Of a stretch of DNA of 64,000 nt, positions 1-9,693 are shown piece by piece. The notes beneath the pieces are model-generated. The model ran no database searches. It worked only from the letters and a program-made list of their open reading frames with translations, and was not told the origin of the DNA. The stretch spans positions 32,001 to 96,000 of the forward strand of contig CAXXFV010000006.1 of the NCBI GenBank assembly GCA_963674595.2. The letters are read 5' to 3'. Both the position numbers and the translations under genes were made by a program. Positions within the stretch are counted from its first letter, which is position 1. Each line of letters starts with the position of its first letter. The DNA comes from a bacterium. Lineage in GTDB: Bacteria > Zhuqueibacterota > Zhuqueibacteria > Residuimicrobiales > Krinioviventaceae.

Positions 1-1002
1 CGTTTTCAGGTGGACTTGCGGGCCGTGAGGGCCGAAAGTTTTGGCGCTGCTTTACAATATTTTACCGGTTCACAGGCCCATAATGTACGTTTACGTGAAA
101 TCGCCAAGAAAAAGGGACTGAAAATAAACGAATATGGAATATTCAGAGAAAATGAAAAATTAGGCGGTGAAACTGAAGAGGATATTTATCGTCTTTTAAA
201 TATGCCCTGTCCCCCGGCAGAATTACGGGAGGACCGCGGCGAAATTGATGCCTTGATAAAAAATGAACTGCCGGACCTGGTACAGTTAAAAGACATTCAG
301 GCCGATCTGCATATTCATTCCACCTATAGCGACGGTCAACTGGCTTTAAAGGATATGGCAGAACATGTTCGGCAACTGGGATATTCCCACATGTCTTTTA
401 ACGATCATTCACAGTCTGTTTTTTACGCCAATGGCTGCAGCATTGACAGATTATACCAGCAGATGGAAGAAATTCGGACATTAAACAAAGAGTTTAGTGA
501 TTTTACTATTTTAACCGGAACAGAAGTTGATATTATGCCAGATGGCTCTGTTGATTTTCCGGATGATATTTTAAAACAACTGGATTTTGTTGTCGCGTCC
601 ATTCACAGCGCCTTTAAAACCAATCCGACTGAACGTATTTTATCCGCCATGGGAAATCCATACGTTGATGTCATCGGGCACCCGACCGGACGACTCATAT
701 CAAGGCGCGAGGGTTATGAGCTTGATATGGACCGTGTGATAAAAAAAGCATCTGAAACCGGTACCGCCCTGGAAGTGAATTCTTTCTGGGACCGTCTGGA
801 CATTTCTGATTTGAACATCCGTAAGGCAATAGAGAATAATGTAAAAATTTCCATTAATACCGATTCACATCATCCCAAGCACCTGACCATGATGGAACTC
901 GGAGTCGGCACGGCACGTCGGGGCTGGGCCACAAAAAACGATGTCATTAATACGTTAAGCTTGCCTGATCTGAAAAAATGGCAAAAACGTAACCGGAAAT
1001 AA
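1..1002 (+). CDS. polX: DNA polymerase/3'-5' exonuclease PolX, C-terminal part (5' end outside window)
   Basis: PolX motif YFTGSQAHNVRLR..A.KKGLKINEYG followed by PHP domain motifs DLHIHSTYSDG, NDHS, GTEVDI, GHPTGR, NTDSH; frame is open from base 1. Confidence 0.9.
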   Translation, partial: RFQVDLRAVRAESFGAALQYFTGSQAHNVRLREIAKKKGLKINEYGIFRENEKLGGETEEDIYRLLNMPCPPAELREDRGEIDALIKNELPDLVQLKDIQADLHIHSTYSDGQLALKDMAEHVRQLGYSHMSFNDHSQSVFYANGCSIDRLYQQMEEIRTLNKEFSDFTILTGTEVDIMPDGSVDFPDDILKQLDFVVASIHSAFKTNPTERILSAMGNPYVDVIGHPTGRLISRREGYELDMDRVIKKASETGTALEVNSFWDRLDISDLNIRKAIENNVKISINTDSHHPKHLTMMELGVGTARRGWATKNDVINTLSLPDLKKWQKRNRK

Positions 1003-1021
1003 ATACAGGTGTGGGTGAGTT

Positions 1022-1750
1022 ATGGCTGGTACAGGTGATATTCGTTCGCAAAGGATGTTTTCGATATATGAATACTTGAATAACAGCCGTACAATGTTAT
1101 ATAGTTTGATCAGCATTGCACCGTTGATTTTGATTTATGAAATAACAGCGCTGATTTTAGGTAAAAATTATTTTACAAATATTAGAAACCAGGCTGATTT
1201 TTTATTTAAAGAAATTTTTCAAATATGGGGCGTGCAAAAAATTTCAACGTTTTTATTATTGCTTTTATTTGTGGTTTTTTTTGCTGTTATTTTTAAGGAA
1301 AGAAAAACAACCCCGGTTGTTTTAAATTATTTTTTTATAATGATTTTGGAATCCGCATTTTATGCGGCATTTCTTGGATTTTTTATCATCCATACCACCC
1401 ATTTGCTTTTGATGATTCATCCTGTTTTGGAAATGCTGCACCTTAATGTGTTTGTGGCTGTAGGCGCCGGTATATATGAAGAGATTATTTTTCGCGCCTT
1501 TCTTTTCGCCTGTACCGGTTATACCTTAAAACGATACTTTGGCGTTCAGAGTTTTTTGGCCTATGGTATTTCGGCCCTGTTCTCTTCAGTTATTTTTTCC
1601 TGGATGCACTATCTCGGCGCAGAACCCTTTACCTGGTTTTCCGCCTTGTTCCGGTTTTTGTTCGGATTGATTTTTTGCGTCCTGTATCAGTTCAGAGGTT
1701 TGGGAATAGCCTGCTGGACCCATGTATTATATGATATTTTTGTATTATAA
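1022..1750 (+). CDS. CPBP (CAAX/Abi) family intramembrane glutamic endopeptidase
   Basis: Multi-TM protein with GIYEEIIFR, FSWMH and HVLYD motifs. Confidence 0.75.
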   Translation: MAGTGDIRSQRMFSIYEYLNNSRTMLYSLISIAPLILIYEITALILGKNYFTNIRNQADFLFKEIFQIWGVQKISTFLLLLLFVVFFAVIFKERKTTPVVLNYFFIMILESAFYAAFLGFFIIHTTHLLLMIHPVLEMLHLNVFVAVGAGIYEEIIFRAFLFACTGYTLKRYFGVQSFLAYGISALFSSVIFSWMHYLGAEPFTWFSALFRFLFGLIFCVLYQFRGLGIACWTHVLYDIFVL

Positions 1751-1754
1751 AAAG

Positions 1755-2807
1755 ATGAAAAAAGTTAAAAAGAATATATTAAAGATACTGTTAATCCTGA
1801 TTGTTGTTGTCATTATCAGCATGTCCTATTTGGCTTATATTGTTTTTTGGCCGTTACAGACAACCGGAAAAGATGTTATTATTACTGTCCGGTGGGGTGC
1901 ATCTTTTACCGAGGTTGCACAAAAATGCCGGGAAAACCAGGTCGTTAAAAGCGCAGATGATTTTCGTTTGACAGCCAAAATTTTTAATAAAACCCTGGCG
2001 CTCAAGGCCGGCAGGTTTACCCTGAAACAGGGGATGTCAAATTATGAGGCGTTAAAAGGATTGACTGAAGGCAGACAAAGTTTTATACAAGTAACAATTC
2101 CGGAAGGCCTACCGGCCCAAAAAATTGCCGGTATTGTAGCAAAAAAAATGGATGTGGATTCGGCGATTTTTATGAGCCTGGTAAACGATTCGGCTTTTAT
2201 TGCCGGTCAGAATATCGACAGTCCGTCTTTGCAGGGATACTTGTATCCTGAGACATATTTTTTTACCTTTGGTCTGGGTGAAAAACAGATTATTCAAACT
2301 TTGCTTGACATGTTTCACAAACAATATTCTGACAGTTTGCAACAACAGGCAAAACGAATAAATTTTACTGATATTCAGGTTTTGACCCTGGCTTCCATTA
2401 TTGAAGGTGAAGCCATGATCGACATTGAAATGGCGGCCATTTCATCTGTTTATCATAACCGGCTTCGAAAAGGAATGCTGTTACAGGCTGATCCGACCAT
2501 TCAGTATATTATCCCGAATGGTCCGCGCCGGCTTTTATTCAGGGACTTGGAAATCGATTCTCCCTATAATACCTATAAATATCCGGGACTACCGCCCGGC
2601 CCCATAAGTAATCCCGGTATAAAAGCGATACGTGCTGCGCTTTTTCCGGATGAAACCCCATATTTGTATTTTGTAGCAAATGGTGACGGCAGCCATACGT
2701 TCAGCACCTCTTTAAATCAGCATTTACGCGCTAAACGCGAATTTGATAAATACAGACGCAAGATTAAACAGAAACAACGATTGGAGAAGCTTTCGAGTGG
2801 ACAATAA
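1755..2807 (+). CDS. mltG: Endolytic transglycosylase MltG (YceG family)
   Basis: N-terminal TM; VTIPEG, GYLYPETY, LASIIEGE, LQADPT, SPYNTY..PGLPPGPISNPG, YLYFVA; start placed at ATG 1755 (ORF track starts 1722). Confidence 0.92.
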   Translation: MKKVKKNILKILLILIVVVIISMSYLAYIVFWPLQTTGKDVIITVRWGASFTEVAQKCRENQVVKSADDFRLTAKIFNKTLALKAGRFTLKQGMSNYEALKGLTEGRQSFIQVTIPEGLPAQKIAGIVAKKMDVDSAIFMSLVNDSAFIAGQNIDSPSLQGYLYPETYFFTFGLGEKQIIQTLLDMFHKQYSDSLQQQAKRINFTDIQVLTLASIIEGEAMIDIEMAAISSVYHNRLRKGMLLQADPTIQYIIPNGPRRLLFRDLEIDSPYNTYKYPGLPPGPISNPGIKAIRAALFPDETPYLYFVANGDGSHTFSTSLNQHLRAKREFDKYRRKIKQKQRLEKLSSGQ

Positions 2808-5013
2808 AGCTTTAGATACATCGCAGCTTGATTGGTTATATACGGATATTAATGACGCCCAGAGGGGCGCAGTTACGGAAACAGACGGACCTGTTTTAAT
2901 TCTGGCCGGCGCCGGCAGTGGTAAAACACGTGTATTGACTTATCGTATCGCCTATATTCTGGCAAACGGACTGGCCGAACCTCGTGAAATTTTGGCAATG
3001 ACTTTTACAAATAAAGCGGCAAATGAAATGCGGGACCGGATCAATTTACTGGTCCCTGAAATGATGTCCGGGATGTGGATCGGCACTTTTCATTCTCTTT
3101 TTGCCCGAATGCTGCGTCGTGAAGCTGACCGGTTGGGTTATACATCCAATTTTGCAATTTATGACACAGCCGACCAGGCGACGTTGATTAAAAATATTAT
3201 TAGTGACATTAAACCGCAGGTCCAGGAAATTTCACCCAAGCATGTTGCTTTTCGAATCAGCGGTGCAAAAAACCAAATGATTGATCCGGAAGATTTTGCC
3301 AAAATGGCTGAAGGACCCATGGACCGGGCTATTGCTGATATTTATAAAGAATATCAACAACGGCTTAAACGTATGAATGCGATGGATTTTGATGATTTGT
3401 TGATAAAACCTTTTGAGCTGTTCACACGTTATCCTCTGGTTAAAGAGTTTTATCAGGACCGGTTTCGTTACATATTGGTTGATGAATATCAGGACACAAA
3501 CCAGGCCCAGTATCAGGTATTGAAACTTTTTGCAGAAAAATATAAAAATATTTGTGTTGTCGGTGATGATGACCAGTCCATTTACCGATGGCGTGGCGCA
3601 GAACTGCGAAATATCCTTGAATATGAAATGGATTATCCGGGATGCAAAAAATTTCATCTGGAACAAAATTACCGGTCTACCAAAAACATACTCGCGGCAG
3701 CCCATTCGGTTGTTGAGAAAAACAGCAAACGTCATGAAAAACAATTATGGACGGAAAATGCCACCGGCGAACCGGTTACTTTAATGACGGTGGGGGACGA
3801 GAAGGATGAAGCGCGGCATGTGGTTTTGTACATTACGAGGGAACTTCGAAACAGCACCAAACAGTTTTATGATTTTGCAATTTTATACCGGACTAATGCC
3901 CAGTCGCGTGTACTAGAAGATTTTTTACGCGCCAACGGACTTCCATATATAATTATTGGGGGTGTTAAATTTTACGAACGTAAAGAAATTAAAGATATTT
4001 TGGCCTATTTGCGTTTGCTGACTAATCCTGCGGATGAAATAAGCTTGAAAAGAGTTATCAATTTCCCGGGTCGTGGAATCGGGCCGACAACTCTTGTTAA
4101 AATTGAAGAGTATGCACGGCAGAAAAGTATGACCTTTTATGAGGCTGTTGCTCAAGTTAGGGAAATTCCTTCTATTCAGAAAAAAACAGCGGAAAAAGTT
4201 TATTCTTTTTATAAATTGATAATAAAGTATACGTTATTACTTAAAGAACTTCCTTTGGGTGAATTGTCTGCTGCCATGGTTGAAGAACTTGGAATTATAC
4301 GAATGTATAATGACGAGGGAACAATTGAATCGCAGACGCGTTTGGAAAATATCAAGGAATTGCTGGTTGCTATTTCGGAATTTTCCAGTAATCATTCAAA
4401 TGGCGGAACTTTGGATGAATTTTTACAACACGTTTCATTGACCACAGACATTGATACCTGGAACGACAAAACAAATGCCATTACGCTTATGACATTACAT
4501 GCCGCCAAAGGTTTGGAATTTGATACGGTATTTTTAACCGGACTGGAAGAGGGTTTGTTTCCTCTATCACGGAGCTTGACTGATCCGGAAGCGCTGGAAG
4601 AAGAAAGACGTTTGTTTTACGTCGGTGCAACCCGTGCCAAGGAACGACTTTATATATCCTGGGCAAAAAGCCGGCGACGTTTCGGACAGGACCCGGCAAG
4701 TTTTAAATCCCGATTTCTTAAGGAATTGGATTTGACCTATGTACAGCATGTGCAAAGCCGGTATATACAAACTGAAACACGCAAAGTACCAAAAGCCAGG
4801 CCTGCTTATCAGGATGTTATGCCGAATTACGAAGATGAATCACAGGAATATAAAGAGTTTAGCATAGGCATGCGGGTTAAACACCCGACATTCGGACGCG
4901 GGACGATATTAAAGATGGAGCCATCGGCTGATCGAATAAAGATGGTGATTTTATTTGATACAACCGGAGAAAAAAGAGTTGTCTATCCATTTGCAAAATT
5001 GGAGATATTGTAG
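2797..5013 (+). CDS. pcrA: ATP-dependent DNA helicase PcrA/UvrD
   Basis: LAGAGSGKT, TFTNKAA, VDEYQDTN, VGDDDQSIY, QNYRST, TLHAAKGLEF, EERRLFYVG, C-terminal Tudor-like HPTFGRG; likely GTG start at 2797 after GGAG. Confidence 0.92.
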   Translation: MDNKALDTSQLDWLYTDINDAQRGAVTETDGPVLILAGAGSGKTRVLTYRIAYILANGLAEPREILAMTFTNKAANEMRDRINLLVPEMMSGMWIGTFHSLFARMLRREADRLGYTSNFAIYDTADQATLIKNIISDIKPQVQEISPKHVAFRISGAKNQMIDPEDFAKMAEGPMDRAIADIYKEYQQRLKRMNAMDFDDLLIKPFELFTRYPLVKEFYQDRFRYILVDEYQDTNQAQYQVLKLFAEKYKNICVVGDDDQSIYRWRGAELRNILEYEMDYPGCKKFHLEQNYRSTKNILAAAHSVVEKNSKRHEKQLWTENATGEPVTLMTVGDEKDEARHVVLYITRELRNSTKQFYDFAILYRTNAQSRVLEDFLRANGLPYIIIGGVKFYERKEIKDILAYLRLLTNPADEISLKRVINFPGRGIGPTTLVKIEEYARQKSMTFYEAVAQVREIPSIQKKTAEKVYSFYKLIIKYTLLLKELPLGELSAAMVEELGIIRMYNDEGTIESQTRLENIKELLVAISEFSSNHSNGGTLDEFLQHVSLTTDIDTWNDKTNAITLMTLHAAKGLEFDTVFLTGLEEGLFPLSRSLTDPEALEEERRLFYVGATRAKERLYISWAKSRRRFGQDPASFKSRFLKELDLTYVQHVQSRYIQTETRKVPKARPAYQDVMPNYEDESQEYKEFSIGMRVKHPTFGRGTILKMEPSADRIKMVILFDTTGEKRVVYPFAKLEIL

Positions 5014-8000
5014 TGAAAAAGAAATTATTTCAATCTGTAATTTTGATCTTTTTATTAATCAGCAGCGTATGGGCGCAAAACGATCTGTTACAGGAAGAAC
5101 AGGATTTTTTACTTGCCGGTAAACTGGCTGGAGAAAAAATGTTTGATCTGGCTGCCTTGCAATACAAGAAATTTGCCGAACTCTATCCGTCAAGTCAAAA
5201 GGCGCCGGAAGCCCTTTTTTATGCGGCTGTTAATTATGAAAAATGCGACAGCGTGAATGTTGCTGCTCAGACCTATTTAAAATTAATTCTTAAATACCCT
5301 GAATCGAGCTTTTTAGACCAGGCCCAATTCAACCGGGCGGATGTTTTGGCAAAATTTGGAATGCATAAAGAGTCGGCAATCGCCTTTTCACGATTGAAAC
5401 TTTTTTCCCCTGAAAGTAATCTCATACCCGAAGCTCAAATTCATGCTGCTGAACAATATATCAAAGCAAATGACCTGGTAAAAGCATCCGATGCCGCTAA
5501 TTATTTTATGGAAAATTTTTCTCTTCATCCCAAACGATTTGAAGCGCGGTACCTGTTGGCTAAAATACGGATTTCTCAGCAAAAGTATGATTTGGCAAAT
5601 ACTGAGCTCGAAAAATTGGAAAGCGAAAGAATAGAAGACGACCTTGTTATCCGTTCTAAAATGCTGAAAGCGGATTTGTACAAAAAAACAGGCCGTTTTG
5701 CGCTGGTCGACAGTGTTTATTATGAAATCATAAACAGCGGGTTCCAGCACGATTCTGTCGGTGTAGTGGGCATTTCCCTTGCTAATTCATTCAGAAATAA
5801 AAATATGAATGAAAAGGCCATTGAAGTTTTGAATAAAGTTTTAAAGCAGCCGTTGAATGCCCGAATCAAAACACGGGTGAATATTTTGCAAGCTGATTGT
5901 CTTTTTGAAACTAGAGATTATCAAAAAGCGCTGAATATCTATAAAGGTATTGATCTCAATCAACTATCTGAAAATGAAAAGAATAATTATTTTTTCAAAA
6001 TTGCCGTAACCTGTGAAAAACTGGATGATATTGGTGCAGCTTTAGGCTATCTCGAAAAAATCCAGGGAGAGAGTGTTTCCGGATTATTAAATCAACGTAT
6101 GCTTTTAAAAACTGCCGATCTTTTAACAAAACAGGGCAACGCAGCAAAAGCTGTTTATTTGTTGCAGCAGGACCTGCAACAACCCAATCTGTATAAAAAA
6201 GATGAGGTTTTGTACTTTTTAGCACAAATCCAGGAAAAGCAGTTAAAGGATTATACCGGTGCTAAAAATTCTTTTACCGGAATTTCTTCCATCTGTTTAA
6301 ACAGTCCCTATCTTGACGATGCACAGATTAAAACGGCACAGTTGTATGAAAAAGAAAACAATAATGTTGTGGCACTATCCGAATATAAACGGTTTTTATC
6401 CCTTTATCCCGGTTCAGAGTTTTATGACCAGGTTTTAGAAAGAGTTGAATATCTTGAAAAGTTTTCTCAAACCGGTGACACTAAAGATTCTGAGCTTATG
6501 ACTTCTTTGTTATTAAATAATTCATTTTCTGTGCAAAACTCTTCTTTGATTCAAAACTGGTTAAAAAGTTTAATCTTTGAAAAACATCAATACAGTTTAG
6601 CCATGGATTTGATTAAAAAAGTATTATCTGCCGGGGAAAATACCGGTTTAACGCGTGATGAACTTTTGTATTCTATAATCTATTGTCAAAGTGCATTGTT
6701 TGAAAAAAATCAATATTTGGGTGAAACAGCAAAGGCCAAATCCTATTTAGACAACTCGCTGGAAACTTTTGATTTATTGCGTGAGAGTTTTGTGTCATCA
6801 CAATGGACTGAAAAATCCGGTGAGTTGGTTTTAAATTCCTATTTGGAAAATATTTCTGAACCATCTATAAAAATAACCCTGCTCGATTCTGTTATTAACA
6901 CCACCAACTTTTTAAATGATAATGATAACAGCTCATGCTATAAGGTAAATTTGGCAGAATTATTATTAAAACATAAATCGGATTTTTTATCATTACAAAA
7001 AGCTGTTACTGTTTGCCAGGATGTGATATTTTCCGGAGAACAATCAGCTTGTTATCCGGAGGCGTTGTACTATACAGGAACCGCCTTGCAAAAACTGGCA
7101 TTGACTGATTCGTCTGCTGATTTCCTGGAGAGATATACACAATTAAATGATCCAAAATACATTGTACCGGCTAAATTTCAGCTTGCACAGCTTTATGAAA
7201 AGGATCGTCCGGAAAGAGCTAAACAACTTTATCAGGAAATTATAACCTATTATTTTTACAGCCAATATGCTGATCAGGCAAAATCGAGTTTGGCGCAATT
7301 ATTTATAAAAGAGAAAAAGTATAACGAAGCAGAAGAATTATTAAAGGACACGGCTCCTGATATTTTACCGGGAATGGAATCCTTTTTTTCACTAACTCTT
7401 AATGAAGATCATCTCTGGTATTTGACCCTTGCAGAAGCAAAAAGTTCTTCAAACACCACGGCCATTGAAAAGTTTAATTCTTTTTTAAAATTAACGCATG
7501 ATAAAAATTTACAGGCTAAAGCGTTATACGAAGCAGGTTCTATTGCCGATGAAATGAACCAATGGCAGGTTGCTTTGGGTTTTTGGAAGGAACTGGTAAA
7601 AAATCATCCAAGCGACACATTGGCGCAGCAGGCCCAAACCCGGTCGGCTGATATTTTTTATCGAAATGAGAAGTATGAACAGGCATCCGGATTATATAGT
7701 AAGATGATGAACGATTTATCCGGCGAGCTGCAACAGGAAGCATTTAAAAGATATGTTATCTGCGAATATAAACTCGGACATTTAGCAAAAGCGGACCAAC
7801 TGGCCAATCAGTTTAATAAACAGTATGACGATAAAAATTCGGAAGCAGAATTTGTTTATCAAGCCGGTATGTTCCAAATTGCTCAGAAAAATTTCAATAC
7901 GGCTGAAAAATTGTTAAAGAATGTCAGCGACAAATTTAAAGATACACCCGCCGGCGGACATGGTGAACTGGGTTTGGCGCGGTTATATGTTGTTCTTAAC

Positions 8001-8684
8001 AAAACCGATGAAGCCCTGAAAATTTTGACAAACATACCTGAAAAATATGAAGACCCTGAAATTGTTGCTTCGGCCTATGTGTATTTGGCTGATTTTTATT
8101 ATAAAAACCGTCAATTGGAAAGCTGTATCGCCGCTTCTCAGCGTGTTATGGACTTGCAAAAAGATGGGCCTTTAAGAGCAAAAGCAATGGATTTGTTGAT
8201 TGATGCTTTTGATGATCTGGGCCTCCGTGACCGCGCTATTGCCCTTCAACGGGCGTATATTGCCCAGTATCCTGATTCGCCTGATATTTTGGCACGTAAA
8301 GTCACTATTGGTGCTTTTCTTTACTATTTAAAAGACTATGACCGGTCTATTAAATATCTTCATGACCTGAAACCCTTTGTGTCTGCAGAGGAAGAACCCG
8401 AGGTTCAATATTGGATTGCCGAAGCTTATAATGCACGCGGTGATATTGAGCAGGCCATCGTTGAGTATCTCAAAGTCCGTTATCTGTCAAAACCGACAAA
8501 ATTGCCCTGGGGCATAACAGCGTTGTATCGGGCCGGTGAAGGATATAAAAAACTCGGTAACTTGCAAAAAGCCAGAGAACTGTTTAAAATTGTCGTGCAA
8601 GAGCGTGGTGTAACTGATAGTATTGGTCAGTCTGCAAATCGAAAAATTATGGAAATTGATGAGGAGTTGTCAAATAATTCATGA
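5013..8684 (+). CDS. Large exported tetratricopeptide-repeat protein (1223 aa)
   Basis: Signal peptide (SVWA-Q) and many TPR-like units of the type Y..F...YP.S..A.EA.F. Confidence 0.75.
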   Translation: MKKKLFQSVILIFLLISSVWAQNDLLQEEQDFLLAGKLAGEKMFDLAALQYKKFAELYPSSQKAPEALFYAAVNYEKCDSVNVAAQTYLKLILKYPESSFLDQAQFNRADVLAKFGMHKESAIAFSRLKLFSPESNLIPEAQIHAAEQYIKANDLVKASDAANYFMENFSLHPKRFEARYLLAKIRISQQKYDLANTELEKLESERIEDDLVIRSKMLKADLYKKTGRFALVDSVYYEIINSGFQHDSVGVVGISLANSFRNKNMNEKAIEVLNKVLKQPLNARIKTRVNILQADCLFETRDYQKALNIYKGIDLNQLSENEKNNYFFKIAVTCEKLDDIGAALGYLEKIQGESVSGLLNQRMLLKTADLLTKQGNAAKAVYLLQQDLQQPNLYKKDEVLYFLAQIQEKQLKDYTGAKNSFTGISSICLNSPYLDDAQIKTAQLYEKENNNVVALSEYKRFLSLYPGSEFYDQVLERVEYLEKFSQTGDTKDSELMTSLLLNNSFSVQNSSLIQNWLKSLIFEKHQYSLAMDLIKKVLSAGENTGLTRDELLYSIIYCQSALFEKNQYLGETAKAKSYLDNSLETFDLLRESFVSSQWTEKSGELVLNSYLENISEPSIKITLLDSVINTTNFLNDNDNSSCYKVNLAELLLKHKSDFLSLQKAVTVCQDVIFSGEQSACYPEALYYTGTALQKLALTDSSADFLERYTQLNDPKYIVPAKFQLAQLYEKDRPERAKQLYQEIITYYFYSQYADQAKSSLAQLFIKEKKYNEAEELLKDTAPDILPGMESFFSLTLNEDHLWYLTLAEAKSSSNTTAIEKFNSFLKLTHDKNLQAKALYEAGSIADEMNQWQVALGFWKELVKNHPSDTLAQQAQTRSADIFYRNEKYEQASGLYSKMMNDLSGELQQEAFKRYVICEYKLGHLAKADQLANQFNKQYDDKNSEAEFVYQAGMFQIAQKNFNTAEKLLKNVSDKFKDTPAGGHGELGLARLYVVLNKTDEALKILTNIPEKYEDPEIVASAYVYLADFYYKNRQLESCIAASQRVMDLQKDGPLRAKAMDLLIDAFDDLGLRDRAIALQRAYIAQYPDSPDILARKVTIGAFLYYLKDYDRSIKYLHDLKPFVSAEEEPEVQYWIAEAYNARGDIEQAIVEYLKVRYLSKPTKLPWGITALYRAGEGYKKLGNLQKARELFKIVVQERGVTDSIGQSANRKIMEIDEELSNNS

Positions 8685-9550
8685 ATAAAGAAATTTTAAA
8701 TTTTGATAAAATTACAGAGTTGATAAGATCGGCGCTGATTGAAGATTTGGGCGACAATGGTGATATTACTTCAAAAGCCGTAACTCAGGTTAAAACAACA
8801 TCAACGGCTGAAATTATTGCAAAAGACACAGGCGTTGTTGCCGGAATTTCGATTGCCAAACAGGTTTTTTTAGCTGTTGATGAAAATCTGGAAATTGAGG
8901 AAATGGTTACAGACGGTGATCATGTTGAAAAATTTCAGGTTTTATTAACATTAAAAGGAGAGTCGGATTCGATTTTAATAGCGGAAAGAACAGCCCTGAA
9001 TTTTTTAGGCCGGCTTTCCGGAATTGCGACCATGACAAACAAGTATGTGGAAAAAGTCAAAGGCACCTCTGCAAAAATACTCGATACACGTAAAACCACC
9101 CCCGGATGGCGAATGCTGGAAAAATATGCTGTTGCCTGCGGCGGTGGTGAAAACCATCGATTCGGGCTTTATGATATGGTGCTTATTAAAGACAATCACA
9201 TTGTTGCTGCCGGTGGTATAACGCCTGCTGTTGAAAGGTGTCGAACCTATTTAAAAGAAAACAACATTTCCGCAAAAATTGAAACTGAAACTCAAAGCAT
9301 GGCTGATGTTCAGGAGGCCGTCGCTCTTGACGTTGACAGGATTATGCTGGACAATATGACAGCAGATGAAATGAAAGCATGTGTTGAATATACGGACCAC
9401 CGAATTCCTATCGAAGCGTCCGGTAATGTTACCCTGGAAAATGTAAGGGCAGTTGCTGAAACGGGTGTAGATTATATTTCCATCGGCGCTTTGACACACT
9501 CTGTCACATGTTTTGATACAAGTTTGAAATTTCGTGCGTCAAAAGCCTGA
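8681..9550 (+). CDS. nadC: Nicotinate-nucleotide diphosphorylase (quinolinate phosphoribosyltransferase)
   Basis: ALIEDLG..GDIT, ERTALN, DTRKTTPG, HRFGLYD.VLIKDNH, IMLDN, EASG, ISIGALTHS. Confidence 0.95.
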   Translation: MNKEILNFDKITELIRSALIEDLGDNGDITSKAVTQVKTTSTAEIIAKDTGVVAGISIAKQVFLAVDENLEIEEMVTDGDHVEKFQVLLTLKGESDSILIAERTALNFLGRLSGIATMTNKYVEKVKGTSAKILDTRKTTPGWRMLEKYAVACGGGENHRFGLYDMVLIKDNHIVAAGGITPAVERCRTYLKENNISAKIETETQSMADVQEAVALDVDRIMLDNMTADEMKACVEYTDHRIPIEASGNVTLENVRAVAETGVDYISIGALTHSVTCFDTSLKFRASKA

Positions 9551-9693
9551 CAATTACTGTCAATATGGCATAGAATATCAAGTAGTTGATTCATTATAAT
9601 ATGATTTTTATTTAACTTAGGTTCCTTTTATTTGGAACAGATTTTGCTGTTATTGCGGTTTAGCTGATATTTGTTATTATTTTTGAGGATAAA

